From contig CALSCP010002159.1 of the NCBI GenBank assembly GCA_943704425.1, forward strand, positions 1 to 64,000: DNA of 64,000 nt. Reading direction: 5' to 3'. Source of the stretch: Ministeria vibrans ATCC 50519. Its lineage: Eukaryota > Protista > Filasterea. Shown here piece by piece: positions 14,980-26,612 of the stretch; position 1 is the stretch's first letter; each line of letters opens with the position of its first letter. A program made the translations under genes and the position numbers. The notes under the pieces are model-generated. The model was given only the letters and a program-made list of their open reading frames with translations, did not search any database and had not been told where the DNA came from.

Positions 14980-16166
14980 TTTCGTGCGCGCGCAATGCCG
15001 GTCAACACTGAGGAGTTTCTTGAACAAGCAGAAGCCAATGTGGCTAGTGACGAAAAGTACGAATATCCACGCAATCATTTTCTAAACCCGTCCTGTTTAA
15101 CAATCTTTTATTTTGTTTGTACAGGTTCTTTTACGAGTTTTTCAAGCGGGCGAATTCATCGCAGAAGAAGAAGAAGAAGAAGAAGAAGGACGACGACGAC
15201 GAGAGCGACGACGAAGCCGCTTCTGATGACGATGATATCAGCAGGTACGAACAGCGATTGGCAATGAGGGGTGTCTAGAGAGAGTGCGCATGCGTGCATG
15301 TTTGCGTTGTATGTATGTTTTCCGCGCTTTGTTTGTGTTTGAGTACGATTGAGTGTTTTTTTATTGTTAGTATTGAGCATCACTGACTTTTTTCTTTTTT
15401 ATTCTCTCTCTATCCCTATGTCTTTCTTTCTATTTAGTCTGGGGAGTGAGGCGGAGCGCATTCTGACTGCTGAGTTGGGTCTGAACAAGGACGTGGATGG
15501 CATTGACGATGACTTCACCAAAGCGTATCTATTTTTATCCTCTCTTGTCGCCCTGCCCTTATTCTTGCATTGTTGACTTTACTAGGTTAAAAGAGAGTTA
15601 TGCGGCGGAACGGGAAGAGAACAGCCAAAAGAACAAGAAGAAGAAGAAGCGCAAAGCGGAGTCGGATGATGAGAGCTCTGGCGATGAAGACGATGCTGCG
15701 GCTGCTGCTGAGGCAGAGACACTGCGTCGCAACAAGGCACGCCATATGGACGACGATGCGGAGTTCTTTGATGGAGCAGATGACAGCGATGACTCAGAGG
15801 AAGAGATGAGCTCTGACGACGATGATGATGATGAGATGGCGATGAGTGATGAGAGTGATGTGGAGCCGACGGTGAAGGCACAGCTTAAAACTGCAAAGGA
15901 GTTGGCTGCTCGCACGGGACGCAGCGCGGTGTTTGCTGATGCTGATGACTTTTTGGACTTGCTTGAAAAGGACGTACGAAAAAATACCGACACGATGAAT
16001 AGTGAATTGATTGACTTTGTAATTCTTTTTTTTATGTTTCTTTGTCCCTTTTTGTGACCTATAGGCACAAGAAGAACTGTGGGAAGAGAAGCGACGCGAC
16101 GGAAGTCACCGCAAAAGCAACAAATCAACGCACAAACAGATTGCAAAACGACTCAAGCGCAAATAA
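14980..16166 (+). CDS. CEBPZ: 3' fragment of CEBPZ/Noc1/Mak21 ribosome-biogenesis factor
   Basis: PVNTEEFL...SDEKFFYEFF, acidic tracts, SAVFADADDFLDLLE and a basic tail ending RLKRK* match the Noc1/CEBPZ C-terminus. 5' part absent. Confidence 0.7.
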
Positions 16167-16193
16167 ACTAACATCAGAATCTTTTTATTTTCA

Positions 16194-17706
16194 TTACAAT
16201 TCAGTGTGTGAAACGCGACTCTTTTTCAGCAGACCTAGCACATTGCGCTCACTGTTAATCTCATTAATGGTCGTCGCAATGAACAATTGCTATAATTGAT
16301 AGTCATTAATAATTGAACATTGAAATAATTTCTCTCTTTTTTACTTACTCTAAAAAGTTTCATTGTAAAAGGATCTAAAACAAACGAATGGGTGAACTTT
16401 GTGTACCAAACCCTTTTTCAGCGTACCTTTGACGATTTCTCGATGTTCCAATTTTGAAATTTCAATAACGTTCGTCATTGTGCCGGAAAGAGAATCTTCC
16501 GACGAATACCGAGTGTATTCCGGCTCAAGAGTGTTCATTAGAGTAAACACACTCTCACTGAACTATAAGAACAACTACATTAGTTTTATATGTGACGCTG
16601 AAAAGTGAAAGTTACCTTTCCGATTGGGTGAGAGTAATATTGAATTGTTTTGGAAGGAACAGTTTCAACGGCAATTTGTTCCACAGGACAACTGTGCCAG
16701 GAATGAGCCCACGCCAGTGAGTGGTACGGCACAGTCTGATCTACACACACAAATGCCCAATAATAGCAAATGTTATCATTATTATTAATTTTTTCATAAT
16801 TTCGTGGACCGTCTGTTGATGATTGTGTGTGCTTTTGTTGTATTTACCTCCCGAGCGATGAAACTCATTGACACCAACAGTTTCGACTGTCGCTCCCTAT
16901 ACAGTACAAATCAGAAAAGCAATATAGAAACATATAGACTTTACATTGCGCGTGAGTACTCCGCCTGCGGATTCCACAAGTGATGCCTTGAGCGCAAGAC
17001 CGTCACTATTCTCCTCATAGTCGTAAGCAACTTCCGTCTCAAGATCAATCCCCTGTTCAAACACCACACAGTGCCAAAACGAACACATCAATATCCATAC
17101 ATATATTAAAGAAGGCCATATTACTTACGTAGAGCATGAAAATATTTTTTATGGGCGGTCGTTGGGGTTTCTTCAGGAGAGGCGACAAGGGAAACTCATT
17201 GTAGTTTTTCCGCACGAGATTCTCCACACGAAGCAGACCTGAGTCATTGAAGCGGCTGCCCAACACATCAAAAAGACGACCCGATGCAACATCGTTGGAT
17301 GTGAAGGCCTCAGAGGACCCATCGAGGTAGGACACGCGGACAATCGTCGACAGCGCTTCGCTTGCTTCGGCACTGAGCGGCGACGGGTGACGCGGGAGAT
17401 GGTCACTCACGTCATTGTTGCTGTCGATGCTCTTACTGAGGTCTTCATGAACAGGGAAAAACCACGGAAGCGACCCGAGGCTCTGAGAAAGAACCTTCAT
17501 GTTGTAATTCGAGATGGGAAGGCCCATCGGAACGCCACTGAGAAGCGAGCGCACAGGCTGTCCTGCCCCCAAGAGCGGCGCCCCCAGACCAAAGTAGCCG
17601 TCAATGTGCTGCTCCATCCACGCTATCGATGCCTCCTTGCCCACCTCGTTGTCAAGCCATGTGACAAAGTGCAGAAGCACACTGTTTCCCTGTGAATGAC
17701 AAATCG
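16194..17706 (-). CDS. 3' fragment of PDAT/LCAT-family acyltransferase
   Basis: ICHSQGN (lipase Ser motif), HIDGYFGLGAPLLGA, PPIKNIFMLY, DQTVPYHSL, EHREI. The last exon ends HTEL*. 5' part absent beyond (AG)n. Confidence 0.8.
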
Positions 17707-17756
17707 CTAAAAAAAAAGAAAAAGAAACATCCCGACAGTCAGTCAACAAAAAACAA

Positions 17757-17832
<76 letters not shown>

Positions 17833-17981
17833 GGAGAAGTAGAAGAACAAGTGAGAGGGAGGAGAGAGTCAGAACGCGAAGTGAAAGAGAAAAAAACAAA
17901 GTGATAGAGGGAATATATATATATATATATATGCGTGTGCGTTGAATGGGATTTTGATTGACCTTTTTGATTGGATTTCAG

Positions 17982-20269
17982 GTGCATAAGGAGACGTACG
18001 GGGTGTTTTACCAGTTGGCGGAGCACAAAGCCGTGGCAAAGCGGGTTCTGGACACACTGTGTGCGGCAGTGGAGTTTAAGCATGAGGTGACGCAGAGGGC
18101 TACGGACGGAGAGGAGCTGAAAGCGGTACGATGTGAGAGGAGGAGGTGTGTAAAAGTCATGCAACGGTCATTTGCGCCTTGACACGTATGACGTGACATG
18201 ACACACGGAATGATAATTATGATATGATCTAGCATGTTATTGCCAAATGACACGGCCACTCATATTGCAACTACATTTTCTTTGTGTCTGTTTTGTAGTT
18301 GATGGAAGCGGGAAATCTGGTTGTGGACACAACCAAACTCAATGTGGAATATCTGCTGAAGGCGCGCATTTTGCTCGCAGTGCACTTTGCCCGCTGCTCT
18401 CATCTGCTCACTGAAAATCTCCAGACAGGTAAGCTTTTTATTACTGTTTTTGAGAAGTAACACTCTCAAAAGAAAGTAAAAGAACATATTGAGTTGAAGT
18501 CAGGACTAACAGTCATTGTCATTGTGTCCTCGATCTGTTGTACCATTTTTTAGACTTTGATCACGTTATTGGGCGAGCACCAGGTCTTCTTGGCGCTATG
18601 ATTGACATCTATCTCATGAAGTGCAATCAGGACGAGCAGAAGGAAATCAAGAAGTTGCTTGGTCGCAAGGAAGCCATGAAGAAGTTTGCGTTCAAGAAGA
18701 GCAAGCACACGTATGAAAAATGACCTCGAGTCATTCTATTAGTTCTGACGTTTCTCTCTGTCTCTCTCTTTTTTTTTCTTCTTCTTTTTCTCTCTGTATA
18801 GTGTCATGACTGTGTGTCGTCTGTCGCAGCATCTTATTCAAGCACAGCCTGTGCCTTCCTTCCTTGGCCAGTCTCTCCTCCAACTGCCCCATGCGACCCC
18901 CGAGCATCTTAAGCGCGCTCTTGGCCGTAAGGTGACGCTTCCTCATGAGCTTGCGGGCCTTTCCGAAGCATCGCGACGACAGATTTTCAGTGATCTCAGC
19001 GACACTGAGATGGCCGATATCGAGCTGTTCCTTGAGCGATACCCGTGCGTGCTGATCAAGGCTGAGTGTGGCGTCAAAGAGTTCCACCATGTTGCTGAGG
19101 TCACGTGTGGTGCTCAGGCCACCATCACCATCACTCTCAAGCGCATCAATGCCTTCCAGGTACAATATTCCACGACACACACACACTCTCTCTGTTGTGC
19201 CTTGCCTCAACACTCACTGACACACACACACACATTGGTCTTTTTTTTCTCACGCACACACGTTTTAGTATGCAATTGTGAAGGCACAAGAAAAGCGCGC
19301 ACTGGCTCTCACGCAGCGCAGCGCGAGCACATCACGCAGCAGTGGTGCGAAGAAGGGCAAGGGCGGAAAGAAGTCGCGCGGTGGCGCAGCACAGCCCAGG
19401 CGGATCATTGTCTCAGGTGCGCTATTTTTTTTAAAGCTGTTGGGGCATTCATAATTTTCTTTGGTCGTCTTTTTGTCTCCCCTTGGCGTATGTGTTTAGG
19501 TTCGTCGGAACAGTCTGAGAAGAAGGCGGACGGAGAAACTGAGCGAGAGAGCACGCCCGACACTGTGGTGACGACAGAAGACAGTGCGTCTAACCAAGAC
19601 GGAGGAGAACCGACGTCTGTGGTGGAGGAAGAGGAAGAGGAAGACGAGGAGGAGGCGGAGGACCGACGGGTGATGGAGGAGATGCGTAAGATGCGACAGA
19701 AGAAGCTGGATGCGGCGCATGGAAATGAGGACAAGGAAAGTCCTGTGGTGCACGCGCCGCTGTATCCACGCGAGAAGCTTGAGCGCTGGTGGCTGTGTCT
19801 GGTGGACGAACGCAAGGAACGGATGGTGACTGCGCCTGTGCCGGTGATGAACCTTAAGAAGTACACGGGTGCGGTGTTTGATGACAACGGCGTGCTGTTG
19901 AGCGACGCTGAGCAGGATGAAGGGAGCTCAAGCGGAGTACTGGAGAAGGAACTCCGCTTTGCGACCCCTTCAACACCCACCACGCTCAATATCCACGTGA
20001 TGCTGGTGAGCGACTCGTACCTGGAGGCGCAGTACGAGTGCACTTTGGCGATTCAAGTGGTGGAAAAGAAGGAGACGGAGGATGAAAAGCGCGCAGCAGA
20101 GGCCCTCAAGAACAAGAAGAAGAAGGGCAAGGCGGCGTCGGGTGCAACCGACGCAGCGGGTGATGAGACAGAAGACGAGGAGGCACACGACGACGAGGCT
20201 GAGGAAGAGGAGGAAGAGGATGTCGAGGAGGAGAACCCCGTCTTTGACTATTCGGATGAAGACGATTAA
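17982..20269 (+). CDS. SEC63: SEC63 3' part (Sec63/Brl domain and acidic tail)
   Basis: VHKETYGVFYQL..LCAAVEF, LLQLPH, VHAPLYPREKLERWWLCL, VSDSYL and an acidic C-terminus. Splices in phase with the exon ending at 14583. Confidence 0.88.
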
Positions 20270-20460
20270 GTGTGTGTGTTTGTTTGTGTGTGAGAGTGAG
20301 GGAAAGTGCGAGTATTTGAGTGTTGGATGACGAGTAGACGATTAAAATGTGACTCTACCTCTTCCTTTGAATATTGATTATTCCTATATTATAATGTATT
20401 ACAAATAGAATCTTCCGGCCGTCCTGATTTGAAGGAGGACGGAGGGTGCTGCCTTTCCTG

Positions 20461-21200
20461 CTATTGCTGCTTGACTTGCGCGACGCGCAGTCGCTCAACC
20501 TGCTCTTCGCGCGTCGTGGTGCGTGCGGCTGACTGGGCTTCGACGAGGGCGGAGCGAGCCTGGCGTTCGCCTTCAAGCGTGATGCCACTGCCGCGAGCCC
20601 GAAAGTGAGTGAAGCGCTCTCGGCGATGGCGCATGGTGACGAAGGAGCTGAGGACAGCGGTCAGGATCATCGCCCCAAGCAGGACCTTAATCAGCTGCTC
20701 ATGCACCGCCTCGTTCTCGCCCGGCTGCCGTGGCTTGAACTCATCGTCCCAGTGGGGTGGCGTCTGCGCATAGTGGTAGTGGTGCGGGGCGCCGGCGTGG
20801 CCGCTGCGATGGGTGCTGTGGAATCGCAGCAGTGCGTCGTACTCGAGCTTGCGCTGCGGCGTCGACACGAGGTCGTACGCCTCGCTGAGAGCAAGGAACT
20901 GGCGATGGGCAATATCCTTTTGGGTGGTGTCATCGACGGTGTCGGGGTGGCACTTGCGGGCGCGTTCTGAGGTGGAGAAGGCGACAGTGCGAGTGTGAAC
21001 TTGCCGTTGCTTCCTTCGCTCTGCCCTTACCGAGGAACGCTTGGCGGATTTCTTTTGTCGACGCATCGTGCGAGACGCCAAGAACCTGTGGTACACAGAG
21101 GGAGACAGAGGAAGTGAGCAGGAGGGCGAGGAGAAGCGCGGATGACCTTGTACGCATGGAAATGCTGGAAGCGCCGGAATTGGCGCAGTCCCCCCAGCAT
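20461..21200 (-). CDS. DnaJ-domain (type III) membrane protein, probably mitochondrial (DNAJC4/DNAJC30-like)
   Basis: MLGGLRQFRRFQHFHAYK|VLGVSHDASTKEIRQAF..|ARKCHPD...LSEAYDLVS, followed by one TM. Confidence 0.8.
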
Positions 21201-21539
21201 TGCCTGCGCAGTTTTCTATGTGTGCCACGAATAGCTCGTGATTGAGGACTTGGACAGAAAAAAAGCGGAGAATGATCAATGAAATTTAAAAAATTACGAT
21301 TATGACTGTCGACTGATCAGCTTGAATTCTTTGATTCGTCGGTCATAATCTCACAGACTACAGTTTCAGTTTGACGAAGAAGGTTCAGCTCATCAGCTTA
21401 GGCTCAGAGGCTTACCATGTTGTTGCAGACTTGGTTTGCGTCTGATCGTCGGCATGCACGCCGCACAGGCCACAGAGTGACCACAGACCGCAAGTCAGCC
21501 AAAGTCAGCCAAAAAGTCAATAATTTTGTATTCATCCCA

Positions 21540-23220
21540 ATGTCCGTCAATGCGGAGTATGCCATCGAAGAGGGCGAACGAAGGCCCTTGGTGGACCAGG
21601 CGTGTGCGGATGCCATCAAGTGCACTGAAGAGAAGGCGCCGCCTGCCACCGGCACGTTCTTTGGCAGCACCTTCAACATTGTACGTGTGTGCGCTGTCAC
21701 GGCCCCCCACGGCCCTTTGGCTGCTTACACGCGCCGCATGCACCTCCATTACATCTAGATGAATGCGATTATGGGCAGCGGCATCCTTGGCCTGGCGTAT
21801 GCGGCGCGCGAGAGCGGTGTGGTGCTGTTCACCTTGCTCATGCTCATGATGGTTGCCTTTGCGACGTACGCGTGCATTCTGCTGCTGCGCATGTGCACGC
21901 TGACCGGCAAGAAGTCGTACGAGGCGGTACGTTGACGTGGACTGAGGCCGCGAGAAGGAGAGACGCACCGACCTCCAAACGAGTGACTCCTTCTCCTTCT
22001 TCTTGCTTCCTTATAGATTGGCGATGCTGCCTTTGGACGAAAGGGCGTCATTGCTGTGTCCATCTCCATTTGCGTACAGAACATTGCCGGGGCGACCAGC
22101 TACCTGGTCATCTGCGGTGATCTACTGCCCGACATCATCAATGCGCTGGGACACATTCCGACAGGCGTCACCCACATCTACAGCAACCGTGACTTTCTCG
22201 TGTCGCTCGTGACCGTCTGCATCGTCTTCCCGCTTGCGTCTATGCGGCAGATTGGTCTGCTGGGCTACACGTCGGGCGTTTCTATCTTTCTCATGATCAT
22301 CTTCATGATCATGGTCATCTACGAGCACTCGTACATTCCCTGTCCGCTCAACCCGCTCCCCCCAAACTCCACCAATGCAACTCTCTCCTTCGTGTCTCCC
22401 TCTCTCTCCTCACCCCTCCCCTCTCTTGTCTCCCTCGCCGACTCACTCGCTGACCAGTGCAAGGTCAAGCTTGTCACCTTCAACATCCAGACTGTCTTTT
22501 CATTTCCCACAATGGCCTTCAGGTAAGAGTGACGGAGTGACATACCACACACGCGTGAACACCATCAATTTTTACACTCTCACACACACATTCTGTATAA
22601 TAATAATTATAATTATTATTAGCTTTGTGTGCCACACTGCACTTTTGCCCGTCTACGCTGAGCTCAAGGGGGCGACGGAGAAGCGTATGCAGCGCATCGT
22701 GTACACATCCATGTCCGGCACTTTCCTCATCTACTTCCTCAGTGGCATCTTTGGCTATCTGACTTTCTATGACCAGACGGGGACGGATCTGCTGCAGACT
22801 TATTCGCTGTGGAATCCCAACAACACCTTTGTGATTGCAGTGCGGCTCATGTTTGTCACGGCCGTCATTCTGACTGTGCCCGTGGTGCTCTTTCCGTCGC
22901 GCAAGACGCTCACCCTGCTCTTCTGGGGCTACGACGCCCCGTTTTCTTGGCTACGCCATATGACCATCACCGTCGTCCTTGTCGGCACCTGTCTCATTCT
23001 TGCGCTTTTTGTCCCCGACATTGTCGATGTGTTTGGTGTTGCTGGTGCCACCTCGAGCATTTCGCTTGTCTTCCTCCTCCCTTGTTCCTTCTACCTGCGT
23101 CTGTTCGAGGGTCCCTGGAAGTCCAAAAGGAAGCTTCCCGTCTCTCTGATGCTTGCGGCCGGTTCCGTCATTGGCGTTGTTTGTATTGGCGGTGTCATTG
23201 CGTCCTTTATTGTAACGTAA
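21540..23220 (+). CDS. Amino-acid transporter, SLC38/AAAP family
   Basis: FFGSTFNI|MNAIMGSGILGLAYA, QNIAGATSYLVI, FPTMAF|SFVCHTALLPVYAEL, GYLTFY; multiple TMs. Confidence 0.92.
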
Positions 23221-23250
23221 TAATATAACACACTGTTACGTATCATTTAA

Positions 23251-23361
23251 TCAAGTTCTCTGCGGGCTCAGCGAGAACAACACTTGTGCATGGCTGTTGT
23301 CGTTGGCAAGCGTCACGTGGCGCCTCTCGGGCGGATCGTCGACAGAGACGGTATACTGATC

Positions 23362-23457
<96 letters not shown>

Positions 23458-23564
23458 NNNNNNNNNNNNNNNNNNNNNNNNNNNNNNNNNNNNNNNNNNN
23501 NNNNNNNNNNNNNNNNNNNNNNNNNNNNNNNNNNNNNNNNNNNNNNNNNNNNNNNNNAAAACAA

Positions 23565-23617
<53 letters not shown>

Positions 23618-24160
23618 GTGAGTGAGTGCAGTGTCACCTGCAGAGGGGATCTGCGCTGGATTCGTGCAGCGTAGTAGACATGTACAACCGCGGTTGCTAG
23701 GGTTCCAAGGACCATAGCGCATTTGGTGAGCTGTGTCTCCTTGACAACACTTTGCGAATTCTTTTTTTTTTTTTTTGAAAAAAGACGGAAAACAGCCAAT
23801 GTGAAGAGAGGAATGGCGAGATACCTTTCCGGGAGGGACCTCAATGGTGATGTCGTGCATGACGCCCCACCGCGGATTGCGCTCGTAGCGGGCGAGCCAG
23901 CGGAGTTCATGATCCGTCAGCGATTCGCGCGCCACGCCGGCGTACACACGCTGCGTGACCTCAATCTGGCCACGCATGAGCAGGAGAAAGTCGTCGCTGC
24001 CCTGTGCAAGCGGCAGTGGCTCGAGCGATGGCTCTTGAAGGACCGTGCGACGGTTTGCAAAGGTTCTTCTTCTTGCTTCAGCCGCCTCACAGCGCGCCAG
24101 TGTCTCTCGCGCCTCGGCATGCATCGAGCCGCCGCATTGGCACCAGTTGTCCCTCGACAT
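23251..24160 (-). CDS. Hypothetical protein spanning an N-gap
   Basis: ATG at 24160, GC-rich coding-like exons with GT/AG boundaries. No family recognised. The last exon may belong to another gene. Confidence 0.45.
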
Positions 24161-24253
24161 TGTGAATAAGTAATAATGGTGAAAATTTTTAATAGATGAA
24201 TAGTCAATAGTGCGTCTCATGATTCATCAGAGAATACGGCCACTCGTTGGATT

Positions 24254-24571
24254 GTGTCAGAGAAGCCAGGTATTCACTAACTTCGATGGGGGGGTGATTC
24301 CGCAGTTAAACACCCGCCTGACCAAGTCAGGCCAGACCTGTATGCGTCACAGGCCAGGACAAGTGTCCACTTTGAACTTCCCACCATAGCTGATGGAACG
24401 CGTTGACACACAGATCAACATGACACATGCCTACTATAGGCCTCAGCCAGGCCCCAGACCAGACCCGCTCAAACGCCTAGACCCACCCGCACCCCAAGAA
24501 GGTGTTGCGCTCTCCCATCACTTTTTGGAAACGCGTATGTATGGGCGGGGTCTCTGCGGAGTCTCTGCCAC
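24254..24571. ncRNA. Candidate structured RNA (multi-hairpin, unknown family)
   Basis: GTGTCAGAGA (24254) and TCTCTGCCAC (24562) form a closing helix around 7-8 adjacent short inverted repeats. Lies outside any convincing CDS. Confidence 0.45.
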
Positions 24572-24664
24572 GCGATTGCGTTCAAATTGTCTTTTCTTCT
24601 TCAATTTTCATGGAAGCGAGTTAAATATATTACTGTACACTATAATAGAGAAGTTCAGTGCTAA

Positions 24665-26197
24665 TCAAGAATCATCGTCGTCGGTAAGACCAAAATCACG
24701 CAAATTGGAGCGCAAAATGTCGTCGCGGACTGTGGAGATGAGCAGAGGAACAAATTCATCGTCCAGTTGTGCCTGAGGACAACCTCCCTCGAAGGGCACC
24801 TTCAAATTAGCCGAGTACAAAGCCAAGGCAGGGCTGCGCTGGGCCCACGACATGCAGCGAATGCACTGGAGCAAGTATGTGTTGAGTGTGTGGTTGCGAT
24901 ACGCGCGCACAACCTCACTCAACAGTACTTGTTCCTCCATGCGCCCGCTCTCCTTCTCCTTCCCCTTTTTTGTCTTCTTGGCTCTTCGTCGCTCAATTAG
25001 CGCGAGAAATTCCTCACGGGCGCGTTCATCTCGCTCATCACGCTTGCGCTTCACAGTCTGCTGCAGAGTCATCACACGGCTCACTTTCCCGAGTGCCAAC
25101 GACGGACCTGCTCCATCTCCATTATCTACAACCTCCCCCTCCTCTTCTTCCTGCTCCTCCTCCACGTCCATGCCATTGACATTCCCATACAACTGATCCA
25201 GATGCTCCGCCACGAGAGCACACTCTGTGACGCGCGCGCGTTCCAGCTGGCGTGCAGTTGGGCGAGCACAGTGCCGTCGCTCCGTGCGCTCCAGTCCTTT
25301 CAGCAGCTCGCGGATGGCACGCGTGTCGGGACGCGGCCGCCATGCGAGCAAGTCGTGCTCGTTAAACGCCGAACCACCATCGTCAATGGCGTCATGTAGT
25401 TGCGCACCGTTTACTGTCACGACGACCAAAGAGGTGCACTCACGATGCAAGTTGACCACACCTGAAATCATGCGCAGCTGTTGTGCCGCCCACTGCTGCA
25501 CACCGCGGTATCCGTGCACCACGCCAGCCGCGGCCAATTGCCCCAAGTCCACAAGCACAACCAATTCGCGGGGCGCTTCCACCACACTCGCCGCGATCTT
25601 CCAGTTTGTCGACGTGTTCACACTTGTTGCAGCTGCAACTTCGGCTCCAGCGGCTTCTTGCTCTTCAACATCCTCGAGTGCACCGTTCGGGTCCTTTTCC
25701 ACCGGTGTCGGTGTGGTTGCGGTGACAGGTGCAACAAGATGCAAAGGTAAGTGCTGCGCAGTCGTACCTTCAAAGGAGAGCGGCAGCGACGTGACGTGCG
25801 CAGTTTGCGTGACTTCCCCGGCCATCTGAGGGTGCTTGGCAATCATTTGAAAGAGTTCCGACGAGAGGGTCGTTGGCTGTGAGACGATGAGGATGTTGGG
25901 CGTTTGAGACTTGCGTTCGCGCTCTCGTCGCTCCAAACGTAACATTCGCGAAATTTCACGGTCGCGGCGGATCGCGTCGCGCTCCTCCTCGCTCAAACGA
26001 CAGCGCTGGCACGCCGCTGCACAACAGTGGGGAAGTTGGCAGCAGCAGGTAGCGATGGCCGCGGCGGCGCAGGAGCCAAAGCATGACAGAAAGGACGCGA
26101 AGAGCGCTGGAAGAAAGAGACGCTCAGAGGGCGGAAGGTGCAGCGAATACGAGTTGCGCCGGCGTGCATACCTCCACCGGGGCACATGGAGCCGCAT
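24665..26197 (-). CDS. Highly divergent G-protein alpha-like protein (pseudo-GTPase), intronless
   Basis: Cys-rich N-terminus, CRLSEEERDAIRRDREISRMLRLERRERE (G-alpha alphaN helix) and C-terminal DDEFVPLLISTVRDDILRSNLRDFGL (G-alpha alpha5). G-box motifs are absent. Confidence 0.6.
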   Translation of the reverse strand: MRLHVPRWRYARRRNSYSLHLPPSERLFLPALFASFLSCFGSCAAAAIATCCCQLPHCCAAACQRCRLSEEERDAIRRDREISRMLRLERRERERKSQTPNILIVSQPTTLSSELFQMIAKHPQMAGEVTQTAHVTSLPLSFEGTTAQHLPLHLVAPVTATTPTPVEKDPNGALEDVEEQEAAGAEVAAATSVNTSTNWKIAASVVEAPRELVVLVDLGQLAAAGVVHGYRGVQQWAAQQLRMISGVVNLHRECTSLVVVTVNGAQLHDAIDDGGSAFNEHDLLAWRPRPDTRAIRELLKGLERTERRHCARPTARQLERARVTECALVAEHLDQLYGNVNGMDVEEEQEEEEGEVVDNGDGAGPSLALGKVSRVMTLQQTVKRKRDERDERAREEFLALIERRRAKKTKKGKEKESGRMEEQVLLSEVVRAYRNHTLNTYLLQCIRCMSWAQRSPALALYSANLKVPFEGGCPQAQLDDEFVPLLISTVRDDILRSNLRDFGLTDDDDS

Positions 26198-26612
26198 GTG
26201 GCATAGTCTGAGCAATCCTGAGTGCACGAGCGAAAGCGCGAGTGAACTTGTGCGGCGTCTTCGTCGGCCCACTCGCCGTGCAAGCGGGCATACTGCAGTC
26301 TGAATGAGGGGTGGCGACGTCGGGGCATGTAAAGAAAGTGACTTCACTCGCTTAAGTGACGCAGATCTGCCAGATCAGTGAGATCACAGATGTCAGACAG
26401 ACAATGACTCACTGAGACAGTAATAAACAATTAGACTAGAAATAGGGACTTCGACAATGGGTGGCTTCTGACTTTTGCTCAACCATAATCATGAAAGATT
26501 TAAAATTAATCTAATAACCACACGATACCATTCTTCTTTATTTTCTTACAGATGAGACAAAACTGAAACAATATCGCATTTTTAACAGAGATATATTTCA
26601 AAACAGTGGAAT

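Noticed and set aside
14980-17706. True nested genes within a SEC63 intron
   Set aside because: Both lack 5' ends and start at microsatellites; mis-assembly is more likely.
24254-24571. Assignment as telomerase RNA, SRP RNA, U snRNA, TPP riboswitch, or the 127-aa ORF at 24393-24776
   Set aside because: No CUAACCCU template, SRP helix-8 motif, snRNA 5' motif or TPP core was seen. The ORF has no recognisable features and overlaps the end of the minus-strand gene.
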